Source: Candidatus Omnitrophota bacterium
GTDB taxonomy: Bacteria; Omnitrophota; Gorgyraeia; 2-02-FULL-51-18; JAGOUK01
Reading direction: 5' to 3'
Assembly (NCBI GenBank): GCA_047639455.1
Contig: JBLINS010000003.1
Location: forward strand, 3 to 64,002
Length of the DNA: 64,000 bases
Made by a program: the position numbers and the translations under genes. The notes beneath the pieces are model-generated. The model was not told the DNA's origin, ran no database searches, and saw nothing but the letters and a program-made list of their open reading frames with translations. How positions within the stretch are numbered: the stretch's first letter is position 1; each line of letters opens with the position of its first letter. Positions 1 to 9,343 of the stretch are shown here, piece by piece.

Positions 1-1
1 C

Positions 2-343
2 TCCCAAAATTTAGAAAAGCAGATCAAGAGCGCTTTAACGGAGTTTAAATCCTCCCCAACCAAGAAGACTCAAATAGACAAGGCGCTACTCATACAATCC
101 AGAATAGAATCCGCCAAATTATTTAAAGAAAAAATAGAAGTTGTTGTGTCTCTAGGTAAGAACAACTCTTATACAATGGGAACTGACTCTGAACTACAAA
201 CCCTCGGGGGGAGGCAAAGTTTCGCGAGACTAGACAACGACTACTCTATACTCAACCGAACACCTGACCTGAACGATATAATACCAAGTTCGACTAAAAA
301 ACTGGTAGCCCCAACGAGATTCGAACTCGTGTCTCCACCGTGA
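2..343 (+). CDS. 3' part of an unidentified gene entering the window; reads into the antisense 3' end of the tRNA
   Basis: Frame 2 is open from base 2 (SQNLEKQIKSALTEF...) through the tracked ORF 146..343 and ends LVAPTRFELVSPP* inside the tRNA. Confidence 0.5.
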   Translation, partial: SQNLEKQIKSALTEFKSSPTKKTQIDKALLIQSRIESAKLFKEKIEVVVSLGKNNSYTMGTDSELQTLGGRQSFARLDNDYSILNRTPDLNDIIPSSTKKLVAPTRFELVSPP

Positions 344-380
344 GAGGGTGATGTCCTAGACCAGGCTAGACGATAGGGCC
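303..380 (-). tRNA. tRNA-Glu (anticodon CTC), encoded CCA
   Basis: Reverse complement GGCCCTATCGTCTAGCCTGGTCTAGGACATCACCCTCTCACGGTGGAGACACGAGTTCGAATCTCGTTGGGGCTACCA: acceptor stem, anticodon loop CT-CTC-AC, T-loop GTTCGAA, 3' CCA. Confidence 0.95.
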
Positions 381-386
381 CAAAAA

Positions 387-941
387 TTAAGCATCAGCAT
401 CATGATTGGAATCATGCATTCTTTTGATTCCAGGCACGATGATGCGGCTATTCATTAATAGGGATAAAACCAGTATAGTTAATACTAAAGTAATTTGGAA
501 GTATACAAAATTCAATAAAAAATACAAACAGGCGATAAGTATTAAAGCACTTAGCGGAGTTGGAAGCCCTTTATAATAAATTCGACCACCCTCATGGAAA
601 TGGCAGGCTTTAAAATGATATCTGATGAGGCGTATGGCTGCCGATAAAATATACAATAGACCAAGAGCTGTAGCAAAGGCTGTGTAGTTGCCATTATAGG
701 CTAGCATCATACCAAAAGCTGGCGCTATGCCAAAGGCAATGAAGTCAGCAATGGAATCTAGGTATTCACCCAAACGACTCTCTTGATTCAAGGCTCGGGC
801 CAACCAACCATCAAAGCCATCTAAAACAATAGAGACGAGAATACAAATGAACGCCAGACCACTTTGGTATTGGGATAGCAATAATATGGATTGTAAGCCG
901 AGTAATATCCGTAGAGACGTGACGGCGTTGGGTATGGTCAT
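387..941 (-). CDS. pssA: CDP-alcohol phosphatidyltransferase (phosphatidylserine synthase PssA type)
   Basis: DGFDGWLAR...GEYLDSIAD motif, GLPTP, hydrophobic; downstream of psd. Confidence 0.85.
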   Translation of the reverse strand: MTIPNAVTSLRILLGLQSILLLSQYQSGLAFICILVSIVLDGFDGWLARALNQESRLGEYLDSIADFIAFGIAPAFGMMLAYNGNYTAFATALGLLYILSAAIRLIRYHFKACHFHEGGRIYYKGLPTPLSALILIACLYFLLNFVYFQITLVLTILVLSLLMNSRIIVPGIKRMHDSNHDADA

Positions 942-1600
942 TAAGTTTGGTTGGGTCTTGCTATGATGGAGCCCAATTTAACCATTTGGCCAACAGTGAC
1001 GGTTGGAGCTAAATGGCGTGGAAACATGAGCTGCATTCCTGAGCCAAACTTAATTAAGCCAATTTTTTGACATTGACTGATGACATCTCCTAACTTTGGG
1101 TAGCAGACAATGCGTCTTGCTACTAGGCCGGCAATTTGGCGAAAGAATATAATTCCCTGGGCACTTTCGAGTTCGATCAAATTATTTTCATTTACTTTGA
1201 AGGCGCGCGCTTGCGTCATTGAAGTGAAGGCGCCAGGAGTGTAGGTGATATTTTTGATGGTTCCAGCTATGGGTGAACGGTTCACATGCACATTGAAAAT
1301 AGAGAGATAAATGGATATGCGTATGTAGCCACTTTTTCCCTCGGGGTGTTCCTGCCAAGGCTCAATGGACATCACTTTGCCATTGGCTGGAGAGCATAAC
1401 CCATCAAATGAGGGTGGTGCTATACATTTAGGATCTCTAAAGAAAAAACCAATCATGCAAGCTAGAACAATTAATGCGATTGAAAGTAAAGGCGATATGG
1501 TGGCAGAAATCCACGCAACGGCCAAAACGCCAGCAATATAAGGCAAACCTTCTCTAGCCATAAATAAATAATTTCCTTTGTGTTTTAATAACGATTGCAT
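941..1600 (-). CDS. psd: phosphatidylserine decarboxylase proenzyme
   Basis: FFRDP, SPANG, NVHVNRSP, QIAGLVARRI, KFGS self-cleavage motif. Confidence 0.9.
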   Translation of the reverse strand: MQSLLKHKGNYLFMAREGLPYIAGVLAVAWISATISPLLSIALIVLACMIGFFFRDPKCIAPPSFDGLCSPANGKVMSIEPWQEHPEGKSGYIRISIYLSIFNVHVNRSPIAGTIKNITYTPGAFTSMTQARAFKVNENNLIELESAQGIIFFRQIAGLVARRIVCYPKLGDVISQCQKIGLIKFGSGMQLMFPRHLAPTVTVGQMVKLGSIIARPNQT

Positions 1601-1794
1601 AGCTTATAGCTTGCTATGTAGAAAGTAAAGCGAGAAAGAGCATGAGTGCATTCATTAAATACTTGGTCATTACCCATGCTATTTAGACGCAAAATGGCTA
1701 ACTGTTTTATGAGTTTTGTTTCTATTAACATAAAACTAACTTAACTCCTTATAAATAATACACTTATGGGACTATTTGAAATATCCGGCAGATC

Positions 1795-1823
1795 TTGAAA
1801 TTATTAGTAAAATAATGCATACT
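1795..1823 (+). promoter_or_regulatory. putative sigma70-type promoter TTGAAA-17-CATACT upstream of the riboswitch
   Basis: 17-nt spacing; similar motif upstream of the giant gene at 20732-20760. Confidence 0.5.
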
Positions 1824-1863
1824 TTAGCTAGGAATTAGTAGTATTGTTAGTTAATTTATAAAC

Positions 1864-1953
1864 TTTGATAAGGGTAAACCGTATCGAAAGAGCGGGGCAC
1901 AAAGCCAAGGGTCTAAGTCCTTTTTTAGGGTAAGACAGCCAGCTGCCGGAGAT
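1864..1953 (+). ncRNA. c-di-GMP-I (GEMM-I) riboswitch
   Basis: GGGTAAACC-GTATC-GAAA-GAGCGG-GGCACAAAGCC..GGGTCTAAG..TAAGACAGCC-AGCTGCCG matches the GEMM-I layout (GAAA tetraloop, CAAAG junction, tetraloop receptor arm). Confidence 0.85.
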
Positions 1954-3693
1954 ATGCGAAAACTAAAAACCTTTTTTATACTTAATGTACTTTTTATAGG
2001 CCTCATTAGCATCCCTAGCGAAACTATAGGTATTGAACCCGTCCAACCCACACGCGTTTTAGTAGCTCCAGTCTCTTTCCAATTACCCGAAGTAAGTAGT
2101 TTGAATGGTAAAAATATGCAGGTTGCTATTCATTCAATTGATCGCTTGGGACGCAAACATCCCGTGACCGATTTGAGAGGTAAAGCTCAATGGGAAATTG
2201 AAGCGACACAAGCTGGCCAAGCCTTTCAAATATTACCAGGGCCAAATAATTATGCGGGTCCTTTGCAAATTTTGGTTAACGGTAAAGTGGTTGATCGCTT
2301 TAGCACTTTGATTCCTGGATCCAAAAATCTTTTGATGGAAAAAATATTGACGGGTCGTGCTGCTGATGGTGCACAATTTAAAGTGCATTACACAGACTTT
2401 GCTTTAGAAAAGATTCATGACTTAACATACCCGGAACGCGTTTTGACTTCCATGAAAAGTGCTTACAAAATTTTGAAACAAGAATTAAAAGTTGAGGAAT
2501 GGCCAGCTAGATCCCCAAAGGCATTCGATGTGTATTTGGGAGATGCTACGAATGAAGGCTTGTATCCATTTGGTGGATTTGATTATACTGATTTTAAGCG
2601 CGCGCCTCTTTTTGTGATTAAGAAGAACGAAGAGACTGGCCAAAAGACACCGGCGATATTAATGCCCATAGACTATAAAAACTTTTTAGTATTTTGGAAT
2701 AAAATTAATAATGTGCCGCATGATGGTAATTATGATGTAGACACCTATTTAGATAGTTCTATTATTCACGAAATGACGCATGCTTTTATGCATGTAATAA
2801 ACGAAAATCTAGGCTCAACTGAGCATCAAATTCGTAATGGCGATTGGTACACCGAAGGCGTGGCACGTTATTTTGAAACTAAGATTGGATCTGATCCTGG
2901 GTTCGCTTCAATGGGATTTAGAAAAAAAGTAGACGATCGCATTCAGTTCTCTAGAGGTGGCGCTAATTATTACTTAAGGTATCCTGATGAGAGCTTTTTT
3001 GGATTGCGTTATGAGAATTCACTTTTTTGGTTATATTTTGAGCATGCTTATGGCGTAGAAAAAATATTCGATGTGTCGCAAGAACTAGCCAAAGTTCCTT
3101 TTGATGCAGCCTATTCCGATTATCAGAATGCCTTACAGAAATCTACAGGCGTTGCTTTTGACCAAATGTTGAATAATTATTTTAATTGGATATACACCAA
3201 GGGGTATAAAGCTTATTCCGCAGGCGCAAACTTACTTGAAGTGGCAAAGACGATGACCGTTTGGTCGAATAATACTTTTTACACTTATTCTAAACACGGC
3301 ACTTTATTAAGAAAAAGCCATGAGCTGGATATAGATTGGATAGCGCATTGGGGCGACGATAAACCCGATGATTTTGGCTCTTACGTAGCAGGGGATTGGA
3401 CGCCTAAAGCCGATATTAATCCGCTTGCTTTTGATGTACATGAAATACTTGTAAGCAAAGACTTGGGCTCGCCGACACATTTGGTGATTCATAATCAAGG
3501 CGAATCTAAACATTTATGGGTCACACTATATTTAGAAATTAATGGCAAAACTGAAGTTATGAATTATCGATTGGGAGAAAAAGGCGCAGTAGATCTTCAA
3601 GCCCAATCATATGAGCGCCTCACCAAGGTTGGCATAGTCCTAGCTAACCTCGACCCCACCAATATCGCTGAATACAAAATCGAAATTAAATAA
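1954..3693 (+). CDS. secreted zinc metallopeptidase-like protein (gluzincin-type HExxH...E)
   Basis: Signal peptide; IIHEMTHAF followed by WYTEGVARYFE. Confidence 0.65.
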   Translation: MRKLKTFFILNVLFIGLISIPSETIGIEPVQPTRVLVAPVSFQLPEVSSLNGKNMQVAIHSIDRLGRKHPVTDLRGKAQWEIEATQAGQAFQILPGPNNYAGPLQILVNGKVVDRFSTLIPGSKNLLMEKILTGRAADGAQFKVHYTDFALEKIHDLTYPERVLTSMKSAYKILKQELKVEEWPARSPKAFDVYLGDATNEGLYPFGGFDYTDFKRAPLFVIKKNEETGQKTPAILMPIDYKNFLVFWNKINNVPHDGNYDVDTYLDSSIIHEMTHAFMHVINENLGSTEHQIRNGDWYTEGVARYFETKIGSDPGFASMGFRKKVDDRIQFSRGGANYYLRYPDESFFGLRYENSLFWLYFEHAYGVEKIFDVSQELAKVPFDAAYSDYQNALQKSTGVAFDQMLNNYFNWIYTKGYKAYSAGANLLEVAKTMTVWSNNTFYTYSKHGTLLRKSHELDIDWIAHWGDDKPDDFGSYVAGDWTPKADINPLAFDVHEILVSKDLGSPTHLVIHNQGESKHLWVTLYLEINGKTEVMNYRLGEKGAVDLQAQSYERLTKVGIVLANLDPTNIAEYKIEIK

Positions 3694-3727
3694 TTCGTTT
3701 GTAAGATTGCTATATCGCTATAGCTTT

Positions 3728-4996
3728 TTATAGTTCGAAGGAGACGCCGGAGAGGACTGACCAGACTTCGTAGGAGTATTGGTAGCTTTGTTCAAAGTCG
3801 TTATTTGAGGTTTGTTTTTGCCACGATCCGCTTGTTATCCAATTGAGCTGAGAGGTGATGGGCCAAGTACTTCGAGCGAATATAGTGTGACTTTTGTCTA
3901 ATTGATCCTCATTTTTTAGTGTATCGAATTGATTTAGAGCATTGCGACCCGTATAAAAAGTGCGATCAAAAGTATAGCTGAGTTGCACGAGTGGATTCTT
4001 ACTCTCATCTACATTGATTTGGGGCGTGAGTATTAATGAGGGTGAGACAGAGTACTTAAAGTAGTCATAATAACCACCAAAGAATCTATCGTCTGTAAGG
4101 CTAGTTGTATTACGTGTATCATAATAATCTAAGCTTGAAATATTCTGAATAAAGCCCGTCCCAAAACCTAAAGACCAAGACTCATTCATTTCTTGCAATA
4201 AATCCCCAGTGATTTCAAAATAAAAGTCTTCGCGCTTATTTTCTTCACGTATACCATCTGATGAAACATTTAACTTGTCCGTGTAATCTTTAAGAATAAA
4301 GGTGCCATCCAAGGTTCCGGTAAGTTTTTGGCTCAACTTTGTTTTATAACTCGTATCAAATTTGTAGCCATAAAAGTCTTTTTCGTTTTGTTCAAATGTG
4401 CTATCAGAGAATTGCGAAATCAGTGAACTGTAATGTGGGTATTGTCTGTGGAATACGGTTAGGCCATATGTTAGGATTTTGATTCGCTCAGTTTGTGAGT
4501 CAAATATATGTGTGTTTTCGAATCCAGCTCCCTTATCTTCATAGTCATAGAGACCTCGCCCTAATTGTTCATCAGCCGTTTCTTTGACATAAATGACATC
4601 AAAAAATAAATTGGGTTCAAAGATAAAATTGTCGCTCACAGCGTACTTGAGAACAGCTGACAAATTATTACTCATGACTTGATTAGACTCTTTAGCGCCT
4701 TCGTCTTGAGCGATGAATAATTGGCTTTGTTGGAAGCTGCCATTGTAAGCCAGTATAGCTTGAGCCTGATTATTGATATTCCAGCCAGCTGATCCAAGCC
4801 AAGTTGTATTGATGCTAAAGTCTCCTTCAGTTGGACCAGCAACGTCTGAATATCCGGAGAGCGCTGTCCCATCTAATATGTAAACGAGAGGGCTTGCAGT
4901 GCTTTGATCAGAGTCCAAAGCTAGCGCTAATTGGGGAAGAGTAATCAGGCTTAAGCTTGTGAGAGCGATTATGAGTAATAATTTCATTAGATCCAA
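3728..4996 (-). CDS. outer-membrane beta-barrel protein
   Basis: Signal peptide; alternating aromatic/polar strands; C-terminal strand LSGVSFEL. Confidence 0.6.
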   Translation of the reverse strand: MDLMKLLLIIALTSLSLITLPQLALALDSDQSTASPLVYILDGTALSGYSDVAGPTEGDFSINTTWLGSAGWNINNQAQAILAYNGSFQQSQLFIAQDEGAKESNQVMSNNLSAVLKYAVSDNFIFEPNLFFDVIYVKETADEQLGRGLYDYEDKGAGFENTHIFDSQTERIKILTYGLTVFHRQYPHYSSLISQFSDSTFEQNEKDFYGYKFDTSYKTKLSQKLTGTLDGTFILKDYTDKLNVSSDGIREENKREDFYFEITGDLLQEMNESWSLGFGTGFIQNISSLDYYDTRNTTSLTDDRFFGGYYDYFKYSVSPSLILTPQINVDESKNPLVQLSYTFDRTFYTGRNALNQFDTLKNEDQLDKSHTIFARSTWPITSQLNWITSGSWQKQTSNNDFEQSYQYSYEVWSVLSGVSFEL

Positions 4997-5092
4997 ATTA
5001 TAGCTGGTTTTGGTCTTTATTGGTAATAGTTTTTACTTGCCAGAGGAATGAGCTGCGTCTTATAATTTACGATACTAATATTAATATATTTA

Positions 5093-5270
5093 ATGTCATT
5101 GTGAGTCCGCGTTTAGGGCACAATAATCCTATAGCTTAATGCATTTTGGGGGATCCTTACGTCGTGGTGACGGTGCGAGTTTCAAAGCAAGACACCTAAT
5201 GCCGGTGGAGTTAGAACGCAACCGGCCTCCGTGTTTATCAGGATGACGGTATATTATCAGGATGACGGTA
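5093..5270. repeat. REP/RPE-like palindromic element carrying the 62-bp module (5167-5228)
   Basis: GTCATTGTGAG...GGATCC...CAGGATGACGG ends, with the right end duplicated. Confidence 0.7.
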
Positions 5271-5284
5271 TAAAGGAAGTAACT

Positions 5285-7732
5285 ATGCAATTAAAATTCG
5301 AATCCCACAAATCTATTCTTTCTAAGAGCTTGGCCAGCATAATTGTATTTGCGATGATTTTGTCGCCAACCGCTTTAGCGGCTAGCATTGACCCTGTTAC
5401 GAACCCAACTTTGGCTATGCAAACACAACATAATCAAGCAGTCATGGCTCCAATAATCCCAATTAGTGAAAAAAGTGTTGAACAAAAAATATTGATTCAA
5501 GATGTTTTGGGCGATGTGTGGATTCAACGTAAAGGGTCAGAGGAATGGATTCCTGGCAAACATAATGATGAACTATATAATTCAGACAAAATCAAAACAG
5601 ATGAATCTGGAAGTGCCCATATAACTTTTGATAAAAAAGCTGATATTTACGTGGCTCCAAGCACGAATATTACGGTGGAAAAAGCTTTGCGTTACAATAA
5701 TAATTTGCGTCAAACATTACTGACCCTCGATCTGGGTCGCATTAAAGCTGATATTGATAAATTAAAAGGCCAGTCTTCTTTTCAAATTAAGACGCCTACG
5801 GCCCTAGCTTCTGTTCGTGGCACGACTTTATATATGGGCGTGACACAATTAGCTCAAGGGATATCTAGCGTATTGACTGATCTTTATGTGGATGAAGGCT
5901 CGGTTAAATTTGATTCATTAATGAATAAGCTCGAAAGTTTATTGGTAGATACCTTTGGAGCCTCGTCGGCCTCGGGGGACGGAACTTTGATACCAGTTAA
6001 ACATTTGGATAAATCTGAGCGTGAGGCTTTTGTCCAAGCCTTTAATAAAATTGTGGGCGACTTGGGTAACCCTCAAACTGAAGTGGAAGGTACAACGACT
6101 ACAGAGGGCACCACCACCGAAGACGAAGAAGCAACTGAAGCAGCCGGTGGTCAAGCCAATAATGGCGGGGCTGTACTCGCATTTTTGAACCGTCTATTCA
6201 TTGGCGGTTTATTGCAGAATACTCAATCTGATTTACTTTCGGGTCGCACATTGTTGAACGGCCAAAAAGTAGCCGCTGAGGCAGCTAAATTATTATCTAA
6301 TGGTGCGGCCAATAATGGCGCTTGGGATTTTCAAACCTTGTCTGATAATTTTGATCAAGGCATAGTGACCGCTGACAGAGTCACTCCATTAAACGACTTG
6401 GTGAATACAGCGTTGGACACCAATGCCCAAGTTGACTTAATTGAGGACCAAAGAGACGCTATCGGAAACCTGGGCGTTTTAGCGGGTCAAACTCAGGATA
6501 ATGGCGGTTTAGTTGGTTTGTCTATCACGGCTGCCAATGCTGCCGACGCAGCTTTACAGCAAATCAATGCGAATCGTATCGTGATTGATCAAGAATTCAA
6601 GACATTAGAAGACCAGAGAAAACAAGAGCGTCAAACCTTGCGTAATTCATTGAATAATATATTGACCAATCAAGTTGAATTGAGAGTGCAAGCCCAACAA
6701 GAACAATTGTTTGATGCACAAACGGGTAAGGTATTCACTGATGTACATGGCAATCGTGTGCGCACAGACCAATATATTGATAAACCCACAGATGACTCTG
6801 TGCGCTTTATTTCACTAACCTATAGAGCTGCAGGAGCTTTGGCGGGTGTTAGTGCTTTTACATGGATAACCGAATTCAATGAAGCCATCACTGGGTCTAT
6901 TCGAAACTTACCTTGGAATGAATATTTGAATGTAGTTACTTATGAAGAAATGGAAGCTTTGTTAGATGCAGGTGATTATGACTTGCCAGAGGGATTGGAT
7001 GGTAGCGATCAATTCATCGTGCATGAAAGTGCTGAGAGCATACCTACATTATTTCCGACATATTTTTCGGCTGAAGCACAAAACCCAGCAGGGGATAAAG
7101 TGGTCTTTGAAGAGAGTTATTCTGACCCTTCAGCTATAAACATTGGACGCGCTAAAGGAGATGTTCTTTGGGCTCAAGGCTTAACGGAAGATTCTACAAA
7201 TGTATTTAGGGCTGGGGAGAGTAAGCCGGTTGCCTATAGCCATTATCGTCGCGATGATGATTATGAAGACAATTATGATGATGGTGATCAATCTCAAGGT
7301 GTGGGGCCAATCGATTTAGAGGGCTTTAATCCTTTTGACCCGAATGACAATAACCCCGCATTTTTCACAGAAACCTTGACCACCGGAGGCGAAGAAGAAT
7401 CTGAGACTAAATATTTGGTGGGTGAGTTAATTCCTTTTGATAATGAGGGCCAGATTTTTGACGTTCCGGGATTCACTATAGAAGGCTTAAGAGGATTATT
7501 ATCTCCTAATCAATTGGTGAATGGTGGAAATTACAATTTGGAACTCATTCTTTCTTATGGGTCTATGGAATATGATTCCGAAACGGAAGCAGCTTATTTG
7601 GATAAGGAGTTTTCTATTGATGTGATCATTACTCCAGAAATTTTGCAACCTTATGGTGCTCCTAATACGTCAACACGCTTTCCTGATGTTTTAATGGTAA
7701 GTCGCTGTGGTGCTCGTTGTGAAGAAACATAA
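5285..7732 (+). CDS. large exported FecR-domain protein with long acidic C-terminal region
   Basis: Signal peptide from ATG 5285; DKIKTDESGSAHITF...FQIKTPTALASVRGT FecR signature. Confidence 0.7.
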   Translation: MQLKFESHKSILSKSLASIIVFAMILSPTALAASIDPVTNPTLAMQTQHNQAVMAPIIPISEKSVEQKILIQDVLGDVWIQRKGSEEWIPGKHNDELYNSDKIKTDESGSAHITFDKKADIYVAPSTNITVEKALRYNNNLRQTLLTLDLGRIKADIDKLKGQSSFQIKTPTALASVRGTTLYMGVTQLAQGISSVLTDLYVDEGSVKFDSLMNKLESLLVDTFGASSASGDGTLIPVKHLDKSEREAFVQAFNKIVGDLGNPQTEVEGTTTTEGTTTEDEEATEAAGGQANNGGAVLAFLNRLFIGGLLQNTQSDLLSGRTLLNGQKVAAEAAKLLSNGAANNGAWDFQTLSDNFDQGIVTADRVTPLNDLVNTALDTNAQVDLIEDQRDAIGNLGVLAGQTQDNGGLVGLSITAANAADAALQQINANRIVIDQEFKTLEDQRKQERQTLRNSLNNILTNQVELRVQAQQEQLFDAQTGKVFTDVHGNRVRTDQYIDKPTDDSVRFISLTYRAAGALAGVSAFTWITEFNEAITGSIRNLPWNEYLNVVTYEEMEALLDAGDYDLPEGLDGSDQFIVHESAESIPTLFPTYFSAEAQNPAGDKVVFEESYSDPSAINIGRAKGDVLWAQGLTEDSTNVFRAGESKPVAYSHYRRDDDYEDNYDDGDQSQGVGPIDLEGFNPFDPNDNNPAFFTETLTTGGEEESETKYLVGELIPFDNEGQIFDVPGFTIEGLRGLLSPNQLVNGGNYNLELILSYGSMEYDSETEAAYLDKEFSIDVIITPEILQPYGAPNTSTRFPDVLMVSRCGARCEET

Positions 7733-7734
7733 GT

Positions 7735-8274
7735 ATGCAATTTAAGAAGTGCAAGCTAAAGGATGTTGTGCTGGTCCAACCAAAGCGCCATGCAGATGAC
7801 CGCGGTTACTTTAGCGAAATCTTTAGACGTGATTTATTCACTGAACAAGGTATTGCGGATGAGTTCGTTCAGAGCAATGAAAGTGTTTCTCAGCAGGGCA
7901 CGTTAAGGGGATTGCATTTTCAGATTCCACCTAAAGCGCAGGCTAAATTAGTGCAGGTTGTAGATGGGTCTATATGCGATGTTATAGTCGATATACGTGA
8001 AGACTCCCCCACTTTTAAGCTGTGGGAGGCATTTGATTTATCTGCTGTGAACGGCGAAATCCTTTATGTGCCCAAGGGTTTTGCACATGGCTTTTTGGCA
8101 TTGAGTGAAACTGTCAAAGTTTTGTACCATGTTTCTGAGTATTACTCACCCGAACATGAGTCGGGAATTGCTTGGGATGACCCAGACCTCAATATTGAAT
8201 GGCCCAAACTGGATGTAGACTATATTTTTTCACCTAAAGACATGCACTATGGCTTACTCAAGGAAGTGATATGA
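7735..8274 (+). CDS. rmlC: dTDP-4-dehydrorhamnose 3,5-epimerase
   Basis: DDRGYFSE, GTLRGLHFQ, VPKGFAHGF, WDDPDLNIEWP. Confidence 0.95.
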   Translation: MQFKKCKLKDVVLVQPKRHADDRGYFSEIFRRDLFTEQGIADEFVQSNESVSQQGTLRGLHFQIPPKAQAKLVQVVDGSICDVIVDIREDSPTFKLWEAFDLSAVNGEILYVPKGFAHGFLALSETVKVLYHVSEYYSPEHESGIAWDDPDLNIEWPKLDVDYIFSPKDMHYGLLKEVI

Positions 8275-8465
8275 TTTATACTGCGTTCGGCACGCCTGGC
8301 ATAGGCGAAATAGCCGTGATTGTTGTTATTGTCACTGTACTCTTTGGCGGATCCAAAGTGCCAGAAATTGCACGGACTTTGGGCCAGGCTATGCGCGAGT
8401 TTAAACGTATAGCCAATGACATTAAAGCCCCCGATTCAGATGATGACAGCCCTAGAAGACCGTAA
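8271..8465 (+). CDS. tatA: Sec-independent translocase subunit TatA/E
   Basis: TM helix, LFGGSKVPEIARTLGQAMREFK; upstream of tatC. Confidence 0.9.
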   Translation: MIYTAFGTPGIGEIAVIVVIVTVLFGGSKVPEIARTLGQAMREFKRIANDIKAPDSDDDSPRRP

Positions 8466-9162
8466 GCCTGTTACTGAACATATAGATGATTTGAGGGGCT
8501 GCATTATTCGTGTGGTCATTAGTGTATTTACATGCGCTTTGGTCAGCCTTCTTTTTTCTAATGCGCTTTTGACATTGTTTACCGAACCTGCTCGAGCTGC
8601 TTTTGGCAAATTACATTTCTTCGCTCCCGCTGATGCATTCATAGTTAAATTACAAGTTAGTATTATTAGCGGACTAATCATCGCCTCTCCATACGTAATT
8701 CTCCAAATTTGGACGTATATCGCTCCCGGTTTATACAAACATGAGCGTCAAATGCTTTTGCCTTGGATTGCTTTGTCGGCTTTTTTGTTCTTGGTGGGTG
8801 CCACCTTTGCATTTAAGCTTGTTTTACCTTTGGCCTTAAGCTTCTTAATGGGCTTTCAGACGAATTTTATGGAACCCGTTATTTCGATAACGCATTACAT
8901 GTCATTTTTGAGTTCAATGATTACCGCTTTTGGCATTGCGTTTAATATGCCTATTTTTATATTAGCTTGTGTGGCCCTTAATTTGGTGCAGGTGGAGACT
9001 TTGTCCAAATTTAGACGGCATGCATACGTGGCTTCATTTATTCTCGCCATGGCATTAACTCCACCGGATATGATTAGCCAAGTATTATTGGCCCTACCTT
9101 TAATTGTTTTATATGAATTGAGTATTTTGGGTAGCAGGTTCATTAAGAAGCGCAAAAAATAA
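8440..9162 (+). CDS. tatC: Sec-independent translocase TatC (start 8416 or 8440)
   Basis: EHIDDLR, QIWTYIAPGLYKHER, LTPPD..SQ, LYELSI. Confidence 0.93.
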   Translation: MMTALEDRKPVTEHIDDLRGCIIRVVISVFTCALVSLLFSNALLTLFTEPARAAFGKLHFFAPADAFIVKLQVSIISGLIIASPYVILQIWTYIAPGLYKHERQMLLPWIALSAFLFLVGATFAFKLVLPLALSFLMGFQTNFMEPVISITHYMSFLSSMITAFGIAFNMPIFILACVALNLVQVETLSKFRRHAYVASFILAMALTPPDMISQVLLALPLIVLYELSILGSRFIKKRKK

Positions 9163-9206
9163 TGCAATGTTATTGTCTGATATTTGATCGTAGCAAAGAA
9201 ACTGAA

Positions 9207-9298
9207 CGTCATTGCGAGGCCGTTTTTTGGCTGCGGCAATCTAGACTTAACCTTGCTCTAGATTGCCGCAGCACTGCTTCGCGTGGCTCGCAATGACG
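9207..9298. repeat. REP/RPE-like palindromic element (minimal intact form)
   Basis: CGTCATTGCGAG...GCGGCAATCTAG...CTAGATTGCCGC...CTCGCAATGACG. Confidence 0.85.
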
Positions 9299-9343
9299 AG
9301 CTTTAAGATACGGTATGTGTAGAGAGGTTTTGAAAACACTTAT

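Noticed and set aside
146-343. Stand-alone 65-aa gene
   Set aside because: The frame is open from the window edge, so this is the tail of a longer ORF.
1742-1767. TAACTCCTT-N7-ATACACTTA as a tyrosine-recombinase (dif-like) site
   Set aside because: The symmetry is too degenerate, I noticed only one copy, and no recombinase is in the window.
5167-5228. Twister or hammerhead ribozyme call for the 62-bp module
   Set aside because: CC(T)AATGCCGGT is reminiscent of twister, but I could not find the remaining conserved core or pseudoknots; left as an unknown module.
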